Assembly: GCA_000320545.1 (NCBI GenBank)
Contig: ADNK01002488.1
Coordinates: 24,480-88,479 of the forward strand
DNA: 64,000 bases
Direction: 5' to 3'
From: Bigelowiella natans CCMP2755
Taxonomy: Eukaryota; Protista; Cercozoa
A program made the position numbers and the translations under genes. The notes beneath the pieces were generated by a model. It searched no databases, had not been told where the DNA came from, and was given only the letters and a program-made list of their open reading frames with translations. Shown piece after piece: positions 1-14,423 of this stretch; positions within the stretch are counted from its first letter, which is position 1; each line of letters opens with the position of its first letter.

Positions 1-240
1 GCTTGCAGCTTGTTTTAGTTGTGGATGCTAGGATGTCTAGCTAGCTAGCTAGCTAGACATTGGCGATGAGCAGCACGCTGTTCGTTCACACATGCTAGCA
101 TGCCCAGCTAGCCAGGCTAGCAGACGCGCTAAATCGATTCGTCATGCTAGTATGTCCAGCAGAAGGTGCGATGATAGACACCACATAATACAGAATTACT
201 GTGTGTCTATCAGTGCGCATTTAGCTCTGGAGCTCATGCT

Positions 241-2110
<1,870 letters not shown>

Positions 2111-2116
2111 GCGGAC

Positions 2117-2148
2117 ACTATCCCGTAAAAGCACTATCCCATAAAAGA
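2117..2148. repeat. 16-bp tandem duplication CACTATCCC(G/A)TAAAAG in divergent intergenic region
   Basis: cactatcccgtaaaag followed by cactatcccataaaag. Confidence 0.7.
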
Positions 2149-3006
2149 GCGCACTAACCTCCAAGAGAACCGCTCCCGATTGGTTATACTCAGTCGGCTT
2201 GTGCTTCTGCAAATGTCAAGCGCGGTCGAAAGTCAGAGGGTTCGAATGATGCATGCCAATGGAAGGACCCACAAACCTTATTCTGGAATTTCTGCTTTTC
2301 CGCCATTATATTTCCTCTCTAATTCCTGATAGCCAGGGGCAATAATGGTTATTTAAGATTTGTTCCTTCGGCGTTTAAGTGCCGAGTGCAAAGTGTCGAA
2401 AGCTAACTGGTTTAAGCATCAATGGACGATTGAACGCCGAAAGTGCTCCGGCGAAAACTTTGATGATTAATCCCTTCTCGATTCAGTGATAGGTCTAGGG
2501 AGCATTACTACACCTAATAAGGTCTACCGTACTCTTTTTAAAAAATGAATTCAGTGACCCTGTTTTGGAGAAGACTCTCTTGCTTTTGCGAACGCTGTTG
2601 CAGGAAAGCTCCTCGAACGAGGTAGGGTGCGCGCGTATTTCAGATTTGGACTTTCACAATTTCTTATTCTTTAACATGCAATTATATGGTATTTTTGGTC
2701 ATTTACCTTGTCGTTATTATAATTGAAATGGTATTTACCTATTTTCATTATCTTAAAAGGGAAAGGCCAAGGTTACAATTGCTCCCTTCGAAGTTTTCAG
2801 CGCAAGAAAATGTCCAACACCAAGCCACAGCCCGCTACGAGCTGTACCTCCAAATGACCTAATTGATGGCTATTTTTGCGGTACGACATCGATCCATTTC
2901 TTTTAGCCAGAAAGGCCTGCAAAAGTGGCCGATTTTGAAGCAGCGACAAGTAACATCATCGGAGAAATTGCCCATTGCTAACTTCCGCTCATAATCGAGC
3001 GACGAC

Positions 3007-4015
3007 ATGTCTGCGAGGAACAGCGCCCCTCCCCCTCCAGAGGGATCGCAGGCCGCCTCCGTGCCTAGGAAAACCACATATGAGGAGACCGACGATCTCT
3101 TCATAAGCAATGTGGATATTAAGGCTGCTGTAGGCGATGGCGATCCAAAAAAAATGGGACCGGAGAAGGTCCTGGAGCTGTTCTTGCCATACGGCGGCGC
3201 TACGAGCCTGAAGAGGGTCAAATCGAAATGGTCTAAATTAGAGAGATTTCGCATCGTTTTGAAAGATCCTTCGCGTGGAAATGATGCCATCAAGGATTTG
3301 GACGGATCTGAGGTGTTTGGGCGAACGATTCGCCTGTCGAGATGGAGGAACATAAAGAAATCCGGGGGTGCTGCAGCAAGTAATAGCAGTAGCAAAAAGT
3401 CAAAGAATAGCAGAAATAATAGTACAGGAGGAAACCATCAGTCTGGTAATTACCAAAATGGTGGGTTGCAAAATGCCAATTCGAATGGACAATTAGAACC
3501 TGCATGGTATCCTCCGGGTGCAGAAGCAAAGAACATGAGGCAAAGGCCACAACTCTTTGCAGACGAGTTTGACACGTCCTTCCATGTGCCACAGAGGTAG
3601 CTTCGCTTTGCTATATTTCTCATTGTTGGCGCCGCTAGGATCTTTTTAGCTGACTCGCATCTCGTTCTATGATGATTACGTTCAAATTTTAACTCTCTTG
3701 CTGAATTGTCTTGATGAGTAATCAACGCTGCGTTCTTTCTGAGGCGAAGAGTCGGCCCTTTTTTTTCCCACAACTACAATGGCGCTGCTCCATATCGCAG
3801 ATCACAAGAGTTCTTGTTTCTAATGTTTCGAATCGCATCACCCGATTCTATCATACCCAGGATTGCCAACGTACCGAACGAACTCATAGCCGCTGTCAAC
3901 GACTTTCATTTTGCTATGATGAACGATCTGCCGCGAAACGAGGTGGATATATATAACCTATACGCTAAATCATTATGAGGAGCAAAGGAGGGAGTTAGAG
4001 GGAGACAGGCGCCGG

Positions 4016-4058
<43 letters not shown>

Positions 4059-4638
4059 GGGGGGGGTTACGATTTGTTGATATTCTAATGTTCCTTTTTA
4101 CTACATATATCAGTTTTACCGGGCCGCGCTTCTGGACGTTGTGAGTGAAGACACAACGATAGTGGAGATCGGTCTGGGGTAATTTTACCTTCGCCAGTGT
4201 CGTGCGTGCCCCCACTTTCCCATGAAGATGGCCAATTAATGAACTTTGCGTGTGCCGTTTTTTTGGCAGGTCGGGACTATTATCACTGATCTGCGCTCAG
4301 CTGGGCGCGAAACACGTCACGGGAATAGAGGTAACTAATGTCGAGACGCCGCCATCTTATACTTGCCATCGACATCTCGCCTTAAGATTATCATCACATC
4401 GTGTGAACGATGAAATAAACAGGCAAGTAAGCCGCTAGCCCGTTTAGCTCAGAGGAACATCCATACGAACGGATTCGCAGATAAGGTGAAAGAACAACAA
4501 TAACAACAACAACAACAACAACAACAGAACATTCAAAGAGCAGTTCGGCTGCTTTTGTTGTTGCAATATCTGAGGATGAGAAGTGGTTTGAGAGCGACCA
4601 TGACGGATGTGCATTGCCATGCTACACTTCCTTCAACG

Positions 4639-4678
<40 letters not shown>

Positions 4679-4947
4679 TGATTCATGAGCAGAAAGCAAA
4701 CTGCCAAATGTCATCATCCTCCGCGACTGACGGAACACCTTGGTGCTGTTTGTTTACTGGTGATGGTATGGTGTAAACCTACAGATTAGCGTGATCAATG
4801 GAATGTCGACCGCCGTAGCGCCAAAGCATTTGAAGCACGGGCCTGTGGACATCCTGCTGTCGGAGATCCTTGGGTACGGTGTACGTGTACTCGTATCACG
4901 TGTGATTGTTGGCTTTTTCTAATCGAGTCGTAACAGAAAGAGACCTC

Positions 4948-4998
<51 letters not shown>

Positions 4999-5395
4999 TG
5001 CTCTCTTGCCAGTATCACGCGTAGCAGTTGCCACGCATGCATGTGCATGTACACATATGGGTGTTTAACATGTTCGTGAGCTACCTCTGCTACTGTACGA
5101 TTAGGACGCTTCTCTTGTCCGAAAACGCCTTAGAATTCAACGAAGATGCAAAAAGGTGGTGGTAGTGGTAGTGGTAGTTGTAGTAGTTGTAGCAGTTGTA
5201 GTAGCAGTAGCATGTAATACTACTGATTAATTGCCTTGCTCGCTAGATCTCACCACCATTGCCACGTTGTGCGTTCTCGCCATTCGTCCCAACCCCAAAG
5301 GGTGAAATTGAGTCGTCGTTGTCGTCGACATCATCGCTCAGGTTAATGAAGCCTGGTGGCCATGTGATACCGAGACTGGGAATGCAGGTACACAT

Positions 5396-5435
<40 letters not shown>

Positions 5436-5858
5436 TTCATACACATATGTTTAATTAGTTTGTGTATTTGTGCGTGTACGTGATTTACTTATTCATTGCG
5501 ATGACGACTGCGAGGGTCGTCGCTAATATAGCAACACGGCATCTGCATTTGTTCTATTCCCGTTTTGCCGCTCGTTTGCCGCCTTCCTCCCCCTCCTCCT
5601 CCTCCCCCTCCCCTCTCCCTCCTCTCTGTTCTCACGCAAAGCCCTCTACCCGGCCACTCACACATAATTACAGTTCGTGACACTCATAGAGTCGGAGAAG
5701 CTCGATTTAATAACCGGGTAGGTGGTGAGTAAGGGAATTGCTTGCTTCTTCTCCTCCATCATAGTAGCAGCATACTCCTACACATTATGATGGATGTTAT
5801 TGGTAATGCTGTTTGAGCAGTGAATAGTGTTTGCGGCTCTGACCCGACGGCTTAGTAA

Positions 5859-5906
<48 letters not shown>

Positions 5907-6101
5907 CTACACACCAGTTTATGGTATTCTGGCTAATTTGCTTCTTTCATGCTGCTCCTGCTGCTGCTACTGGCCCGTTGTTGCTGCTGTTGTTGTTTAT
6001 TTCCCACAGAGCTCGCAAGTGGCGAGGGTTGGATTTCCGGAATTTCAATCAGTTGAAAGACACGGTGAGAGCAGGAGGGAGGGGAGGGAGGGAGGGAGAG
6101 A

Positions 6102-6147
<46 letters not shown>

Positions 6148-6306
6148 AAGGGGGCGTTTGTTGAGAGCATGCATCGAGCGGGAGATACTGAATACGAAGG
6201 ACCAAATCAATCACCATCTCGGTCCCTTCCCTTCCGAATTCTAAAGGCGGAACGATGAGACTCGAAGAGATAGATGACGGTGCGTTGTTTATCACTGAGC
6301 CTCGGT

Positions 6307-6343
<37 letters not shown>

Positions 6344-6611
6344 TTCTTGCTGCTGTGTGTTGGTAGGCAAGCCTTCTCTTCACCAAGGAGTTAGGGTGCA
6401 GGCTCTGCACATTAGACCCTACTAATATGTCTGAAAGACTCCCCGTTATTGAGGTAGCGATGATGAGAGACGACGACGACGACAACGAGAAACTAGTTGC
6501 AATCATCACCATGATTATGATAGTCATCAATTATGGGAAACTTGAACCGACCCTATGATGATTAATGTCTTGCTGCTTCTCTGCATACCGTGTACATGTT
6601 GTGCTCACTAC

Positions 6612-6647
<36 letters not shown>

Positions 6648-6711
6648 TTCTCTCTTTCTATCTGTCTCTCTCATGTTCACTTATTCTCCTGTCCCTCATC
6701 ATCATCATCTT

Positions 6712-6742
<31 letters not shown>

Positions 6743-7975
6743 TGCTACTGCTGCTTCGTCGTTGTCGTCGTCTCTCTCGTCGATCCAACCAGGTTGATTT
6801 CGCCAAGGACCACGTCGGAAACATAGGAAATACTAAGAGAATACGAACACGAGCTTTGAAGGACGGCATCATACACGCTGCTGTGTTTTCGTGGGAAGTT
6901 TATTCTGGTAATAGTAGCAGTAGAAGAAGAAAATTGGATGTCTATATGCGAAGCAATTTTTGAGAGAGAATGTGATAAAGCTCGTTTTCCCAATCATGCC
7001 CCTTTTCCTCCTCCCCCTCCTCATCCCCCTCCTCCTTTCTATCTTCGTAATCTGCGATGACTATTCTTCCAGGCCTGGACAAGAAGCACAAGATGTCAAC
7101 TCACTACGAAGATACAGTCGAGAATTTCCAAAGGGATATGCAGGTGTGTGTGGCGATGTGATGATTTCGAAGCTGCTGCTGCTGCTGCTGCTGCTCCTGC
7201 TGCCTAGATTTGTGCGGGCATGACTGATGACGACGACGATGATGATGATGATGATGATGATGATGACGACAAAGATATTACATATTTTCGTTTATAACTA
7301 TCATTTGGTACGCATCGTAACGGTCATTGGTGTCATGTTGTCATTTGCTACGTATCGCAACGATCATTGGTGTCATGGCGTTCGTTAGTGGGGCCAGGGC
7401 ATCCAATTACTGGAGGATCCTGGTTTGGAAGACACAAAGGTGGGATTGATTTGATTTGATTGATGTGCGGCCTACTTGCAACCGTGTGCGTAGAAGTAGT
7501 AGTAGTAGTAGAAGAAGAAGAAGAAGAAGAAGAAGAAGAAGAAGAACTAACATACCATAGCAAGCTGCGAACGATGGACCGACAAAAGCCAAACTGCAGC
7601 CTCTCCTCTAATTATGAAATAACCGAGCTCACGAGTGACATAAACGTGGAACGTGGTGTAATTTCATCTATGGCAGGATGCACCATGCCCTCTCCGTGTG
7701 AAGAAAGGCGAGGAACTCGTGATCGAAGTTCGGATTGCGCAGGAGGTGCGTAGATATGCATTTTGAACAGATCGCCACATGATGGTACCCAAAAAAAGTC
7801 ATCAGAGGGCCTAATCGTTCCATGCTACATTGAATCTCAGGGTGCTATTATGCAATGCCACGTTTATCGGGCCGCTACCATCGATGATCACACCGACGAA
7901 AAAGACGACGAGGAGGGCATGCCGCAGCTGGAGCAAGCAGGGAAACCTTCGTCGGGCGGGGAAGCTGAAAACTGA
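3007..7975 (+). CDS. Protein arginine methyltransferase (PRMT7-like) with N-terminal RRM domain; about 16 exons
   Basis: Exon 1 (3007-3596) has RRM features (LFISNV...DAIKDLDGSEVFGRTIRL) and splices in phase to 3861. Later exons give VNDFHFAMMNDLPRNE, SAM motif I IVEIGLGSGLLS, VTGIE, DILLSEILG-TLLLSE (double-E loop), LMKPGGHVIP and MQ-WGQG (THW-loop equivalent). Stop TGA at 7973-7975. Confidence 0.85.
7301..7380. repeat. 40-bp intronic tandem duplication
   Basis: tcatttggtacgcatcgtaacggtcattggtgtcatgttg followed by tcatttgctacgtatcgcaacgatcattggtgtcatggcg. Confidence 0.85.
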
Positions 7976-8607
7976 AGATCATCTTGACTGTTGATTGAAT
8001 TTAGTGTGCCATTCATCGTGAACTAAACATATAACGTTAATTAAAAGACTGTACGTACAATATCCTTTCATTGGAGGGATTTATATTCGGTGTTTCATCA
8101 GAATCTTTCTTTTTTTTTTCGAATGCATACAGCTAGGCAGGCGCGCCCTGCACTAGTGCACAGCATCACGCACTGCAGCTAACGCTTCTGTGCGAACATT
8201 AAGTATATAAAGTATTGGCATATTGAGCATAGCTACAAAAGGATATCTTTCTCTGAGCGCAGAATACATATAAGGCGCTAATAAGATGTGCAACATAAAT
8301 TAGCTCCATTATTATTATACGAGTATATATACACACAGCCACGCCACTCAGCGCCATGGTTGCGTTGCTGCGGTTTGCAATGCGGTGCAAATATACAAAA
8401 ACAACATATATACCGCAGGATTTTTAAGACTAATCGAGCTAATATAACATGGCATGGGAAAGAGAATTGACATACTGTGACGCTGTGGGTGTACTCTGAC
8501 ACTTGCTAATGACATGATAGCTACTACGCAATAATAGAGTTATCACCACTCTTCAAAATTCATTGCTATTCTTGAGTAATCCGCACTGGCATCGGTTGGT
8601 TGGAGGG

Positions 8608-9446
8608 CTACAGTGATTGTCGAGCTGCCATCAAACATCGACCAATCGGAGTTGATTGGTATACTCTGTGTAGAAGAAGAAGAAGGGATGCAGACAAATA
8701 TCGTCGTGAACTTGTTGAATGAAGCAAGTGGTGAAGGTGCTCTCTGACCAATCTAGTCTCTGTAGCAATCCTCCGATGGTGCCGAATGCACAAAGCACAC
8801 ATCGAGAGTAGGATCACAGCGAGTAGAGAGGCTGTATTGCAAGAAGAACGGGGCATGTGAATGACGAAGAACATATCACAAAGAGTACGTATCAAGAATG
8901 AATAGGAAACACAACCTCCAACGATGAAGACAATTCTTGCTACTTTTGGTTTGAGGGCAGTGTTGGGTAACTGGGCAGGGCGGTGCTCATTATGATGGTG
9001 ACTGTGTGATGATGATGGCGATGATGAAGATGATGACGAGGAATTGGAGGAAGAGTTGGAAGATGAAGAGGGAGATATTGAAGCCTGCTGCTTGGTTGTG
9101 GAAAGCGTAATTGGGATGTTCAAGAATACTGAGCAGTACCCAAGCTTTCCTGTAGCTTTGTCTAGGCGATATAAGAATCAGCAACTGTCATCGTCAGAGT
9201 TTACCAGTGAATTTACACGTATATGTATTGTTTTTGTGACTGGTTTTGAACCATGATCACGTGAATGGTCGCATACAATAATCCATTGAAGGATGTGACG
9301 TACCTGTGGTGTATGAATTCACTGCAGTACACTTTGCAATGCAACCAAAGTCACGAGTAGGACATTGAGATTCAGCCTGTGGTGATCAGAACAGAATCTC
9401 AAAACCTTCTTCGAGAGAAAACAAGGACAAATTCATACCACATGTT

Positions 9447-9505
<59 letters not shown>

Positions 9506-10448
9506 TGGAAGAATTTTAAATAAAAAATCAAGGGCGGTCTACGTACCACAACGCACTTACGCCACTTGACACATTGAGGGTCACTCGAGCATATTGTCTA
9601 AAATTGAGAGCGTTGGGACATCAACCATTTTGCATTCTCATTATCCCCATGACTCCCGTATGAAATAAACTTCATCAAAGATAATATATTCCAATGAGAC
9701 CTGGTATTCGTCACAGTTGATAGCGTCAACGTCGGCGGATGCTGAAAGGCAAGGAGATTCCACATATCACATCAGGCATGTACATACTTATAGTGCATCC
9801 ACATATAAAGGCGGCGAGAACAGTTTCTCTCATTAGTACCTTTTGGATGGGGGAGGCATTCATGCTCCATTCCACAATTAAACAGAGTATTCACTTCCTC
9901 CGAGTGTCCTTTAAGTGATGCTATACATCGAGTCCTGCATGCGCTATCTTGGCAGTGGGACGCACATGAAAGCGCATTTCCTGGAACCATTTTTACAAGA
10001 ATTAAATAAGTGTTGATTTTGAAAGATGAAAAGCGTGACAGGTATGGGGACAGGAAGGGCTCCGTTGCAGCGAAGTTATTACCACAACGCGAATCCTGCG
10101 TACACGAGAGGGTTTGGTGCCAGCACTAATTAGATAATAATTTTGTTTAATGGAATAAGATTTTTTCGAAGAAATATAACGAAATCTACTCACATTTGTC
10201 ACTAAACATGCCTTGATACTTCCAGCCAAGGGTATGCCATTTAGCACAGTGGTCACGTTTTTTCTATTTTCGGGGGTGACGTGGGCGGTAGCGTTCGCAA
10301 AAACAATATCCGGTGAGGATCTCGCTTGGCTGATAGGAATCAGTGAAGATAAACAAAAAACGAGGGCCACTTGAAGAGAAGAGCGTTGAAGAAGGGACGA
10401 CTTTTCACCCCACCTGTGAACACACGGGTATTTGGGGGAGGGAGTCAT
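8608..10448 (-). CDS. Putative type I membrane protein with Cys-rich ectodomain (VDE N-terminal-like Cys spacing), multi-exon
   Basis: Signal-like segment LQVALVFCLSSLIPISQA. Spliced CLVTN|CWHQTLSCTQDSRC|GNALSCASHCQDSACRTRC...LFNCGMEHECLP, then a second Cys cluster, a Ser-rich linker, and a TM (VARIVFIVG|ASLLAVILLSMCALC) followed by IRHHRR. 3' end uncertain. Confidence 0.6.
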
Positions 10449-10827
10449 AAATAATGATTTTCAAGATCAACGCCAACGAAGAGGGAATGGGTGTTGCCGT
10501 AGATTCTTTGCCGATACTTGATTTTTAGGATAGTCGCATGATCAAAATATATTACATTCATTGACTCGTCACAAGCGTAAGACAGCATGCGACGTGGAAT
10601 GATTGATCTCCTGAAAACTAAAACTCCCGTCTGCGAGATCTCAATGATACAAAAAAATGCCGTATATTTCATACCTGCGACTAGCGAAATGTGATGACGC
10701 TTTTTCGGAGTGGAATTTGACCAGGATACTCCTCGGAGATTATTCAGAGGCTCATAAGTTAATGGCGCTTGGCCGGTAGCAAACGAATTGGGAAGCCGAA
10801 TACTTGAGAACCCTGGCTATTGTACAA

Positions 10828-11887
10828 ATGACACCTACATCTCCACAGCAGAAAGAAGGGTCCAACATCGATAAGGAAAAGGTTCTCAAATTCGGGTGTT
10901 TGAACCAGCATGCCGAGGCTGAGCATCATCTTTTACTAACATCAGGAAGAAAATGTGCAAGACCATCCTTTTGCTGAATGGTATCAGAAAGAATTGAAGA
11001 ATCCATTTTCAATATCCGAAGAAGTTGTAACAACGCCTGGAGCATTCGTAGCGTTTCTGCGTGAGCAGGTTGGTCCATTTCACAAAATATTTTTGCGCGG
11101 AACAATAACCTTTCATTGCTAGGTTGGAATGCCATTGCGAAGTAGCCTGGACTTGCTGCAGAAGCTAAACACTCTGAAACCAGAAGATCGGTCACGACAG
11201 ATTTCTAGCAAATTAAGAAAGCACTTTAGTGTAGAGAATCAGCGTCACTTTCTTCGCGATAAATTGAAAAGGGCTTACACGGCTACTCCAGCAACAGTTT
11301 TCTCACTGTCCAATTTTCTCTCTCAAAGTGTATCCGTCATGGCTGATATTAAAAGTGGGAAGCGCAAACCTCCTATTGGATCACGGTCGCGCGCCAAACG
11401 TCAGCGCCAATCTTCAAGCAGCTTGGAGAAAAAAAAACAAGTTCAAGCTGCTCAAGCTGCTCAAGCTGCTGACACGGCCACGATTTCATCTTCTTCTGCA
11501 ACAACAGCAGCAGCAACAACAACAACAGTAAAGAGTGCAACCTCACCAGTACCTAATGGAGCGGATCCTGACAAAAAAGCTCCTAGTGATGCCCAAAAAG
11601 AACCAGTATCAACAAATCCAGAATCGCATGGGGAAAATAATGTTCCAGCAGAGAAAGTAACTAGTGATGCTCAAAAAGAACCAGCATCGGCAAATCCAGA
11701 ATCAAATGGGGAAAATAATGTTCCAGCAGAGAATGCAACAGAGTCAGATCCGCAGACCAAACAACCGACTAGTAGTGTAATCCTGTCTACCACTGCAACC
11801 GAGCCTCCAGCCAAAACTCAAGCGCCTCTTAGTGAACCACATGCTTCCGGTGCCGTCATGTCATCTACAGAGTGCAACGAAAAGTGA
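10828..11887 (+). CDS. Hypothetical protein with low-complexity and 26-aa repeat C-terminal half; 3 exons
   Basis: Exons 10828-10881, 10946-11068, 11123-11887 join in frame. Intron 1 has a TACTAAC branch point. A further exon is possible at about 11927-12150. Confidence 0.6.
11583..11738 (+). repeat. 78-bp coding tandem repeat, 2 copies
   Basis: SDAQKEPVSTNPESHGENNVPAEKVT versus SDAQKEPASANPESNGENNVPAENAT. Confidence 0.9.
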
Positions 11888-12535
11888 CAAGTGGGAAATG
11901 CGGGAACATTGAACAAGATTAACAGGTCCATAAGGAAAAGTCGAAATGGGGAAAAGTCAACGTTGATGATGTGACAGAGAGTACTAGAGAAAAATTGCAA
12001 GTGAGAACTATAGATAAACGGCAAAAGAGTACTAGAGAAAAAAACCCTTATGATTGGATATTTGAAGATGTGACAACGAGTCAGCCTGATGATTGGAGAA
12101 AATATCCAGTTTTTTGGCGAAAACACAAAATATACATCAGGTTCAAGTGAGCCGAAAGCGCGGAGTCGCCGCGGATGCTACGACCACGCCAACACGCCTG
12201 CAAGAATGCGAGAACAACCGCTTGCAAGAACACGGGAACGATGGTGGCTTTGTGGTCCCTGGCTGACCGAGGAGGATACTGTTGAAGATGCAACCGGGAG
12301 AAGTTGACATCACCCATCTCATGCAAACACCTACTACAGCTCTGTACACAATCATCAAGCAAAGACTCTTCGTCTGCACAGACCATCTTGGGATCAAATG
12401 CTGTTGTGGCTAGCAATGCTATATAGCTAGAATGGTCAAATTTTTGCTGCTGTAGCTCCAGCTAGTGACAATGCTTGAACATGATTTATTTGCAAAAATG
12501 TTGCCGTGAAGTCTTTCGAGCTAGGCAGTTTGCGC

Positions 12536-12663
12536 AATATGAGACGGATGTAATGAAAGATTTAAATTTTTTCAATGGTCATCCTAATGTAGCTGTGCAA
12601 TGTAGCGGCTACAGCGCTTAAATTGTATCTGTTTGTGTCCTTGGTCACATGTTGCATGCATGA
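12536..12663 (+). repeat. Dispersed ~130-bp element, copy A
   Basis: Aligns by eye at roughly 85% to the reverse complement of 45213-45343. Confidence 0.85.
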
Positions 12664-13555
12664 AAATGCATTGAGATTTGGTCTAACATGTCGTGCTTTG
12701 CGCGCAGCTGCACGAGCTAATTATTGGCTAAATTTTCCTGCGTTTGAGTTACGCGTAGTTTCATCGTTGCGATCCATGATGGCCGTCAGTTGTTTGTTGA
12801 TTCTGAGTCTCTGTGGTCCGTATCTTCTGCATTGCAGAATGTGGTCCATGCTAGCATGTCTTGCAATGTGTTGCATGTGTCTCACGTCGCTTCCAACACT
12901 GCTATGTGCGTTGTCCTCTGGACAACAAGGAAGTTCCAAGGTTGTCAACACCACAGATTGCGCAATATATGTGTGTGTAGTGCTCAGTGCTCATGCATGG
13001 CACGCTAGCACGTCTAGCTGCGCTATTGCTATAATTGCGATGGTCGCGCAGATGGTAGATCGAGGTAGGCTAGTAGTAGGGCCCATCTGTGATGCATGCA
13101 CTGCACTGTTGTGCATGCAAGGAAGGCTATGATGCACGTACAGCATTGCGATCGCTCATTGTTAATCCATGTGCGACAATGCAGCCGCTAGCTAGGTCAA
13201 GCTATCAAGCTAGTGTATTCGCAGCCGCGAGCACAAGCATGCTAGCATGCATGAGCTAGCACAGTACCATCTAGCCATGCGCTAGCATGAACATCACACC
13301 ATCCACACTGATCGAGCGTTGTCAAATCGTCAGTGAAGGAACGCAAACAGGAGGACGTGTCGGCGCTCTAGCTCTAGGAGTAGCGAAACCAAAGAGGTTT
13401 TCATGTCACAGATATGGACAATTTTCAGGCATTTCTCCTTTTTTTTCTTTTTCATTTAACAACATTGAGACATTTTTCCAATGGTTATAACATCTACTTG
13501 AAACAGCTGTGAGTCATTCCAGTTTTACGTTGTCTTCATTGTGATCTACTAGGCC

Positions 13556-14377
13556 TCATCCCAGCCATCCGCCGCCGCCACGCAGACGTAGGAGCACATG
13601 GAGCGTGGATTCTTTCTCGACTTTGCACTCGGCGAGGGTTTGAGAATCTTGCAGATTCTTCCCTCCGAAAATGATCCGTTGCTCGTGAATAGGAATGCCT
13701 TCCTTGTCGAAGATCAACAGTTTCACCCTTTTGATGGAGTCTGAGGCGTCGACGTCCAAGGTGATTATCTTCGAACTTAGAGTTTTCACAAAGATCTGCA
13801 TGGAACCGCCGTCATCATCCTCGTCCGAATCGGCACTTTCTACATCCTGAACAACCTCTTGTTTTTTGATTTCTGAATCTTCTTTGCACTTCGCTTTGTC
13901 ACATCCATGCGTTGTAGTCTTTGCGTCGATTTTGCATCTGCAAAATGGGCAATCGTCCCGCTCGTTAACCTTCACCCATTTCACCAAGCAGTCTTTGTGG
14001 AAGCAGTGGCCGCATGAAAGGTTGGCCACTTCCACACCTTCTTTGAACTTCTTTCGGCACACAATGCAGTGATCGATGAACATGTTCTTCGTGGACTCGA
14101 TCTTTGAAATGCATGCTTTGGCGATGACCGCCGTCGCATCGAATGCGACCTTCAGAACTAGGACCAAGAAGAGGGTAGACTCCCTCTGGATGTTGTAATC
14201 AGCAAGGGTACGCAAGTTCTCTAGGCTTCTACCAGCGAATATGAGGCGCTGTTGGTCAGGTGGTATTCCACTTTTGTCTTGGATCTTGGACTTCACATAC
14301 TCGATGGTGTCGCTGTGGTCCACATCTAGGGTGAGGATATCTCCCGTGAGGGTCTTGACAAAGATTATATGTGACAT
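13556..14377 (-). CDS. Ubl - RING-H2 - ubiquitin fusion protein, 273 aa, intronless
   Basis: N-terminal Ubl (IFVKTLTG...[13 protein letters not shown]). RING-H2 CIVC...[13 protein letters not shown]...CPFC. Acidic linker. C-terminal MQIFVKTL...LRLRGG plus GGWLG tail. Confidence 0.93.
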   Translation of the reverse strand: MSHIIFVKTLTGDILTLDVDHSDTIEYVKSKIQDKSGIPPDQQRLIFAGRSLENLRTLADYNIQRESTLFLVLVLKVAFDATAVIAKACISKIESTKNMFIDHCIVCRKKFKEGVEVANLSCGHCFHKDCLVKWVKVNERDDCPFCRCKIDAKTTTHGCDKAKCKEDSEIKKQEVVQDVESADSDEDDDGGSMQIFVKTLSSKIITLDVDASDSIKRVKLLIFDKEGIPIHEQRIIFGGKNLQDSQTLAECKVEKESTLHVLLRLRGGGGWLG

Positions 14378-14391
14378 TGTCTTTTTTAGGT

Positions 14392-14423
<32 letters not shown>

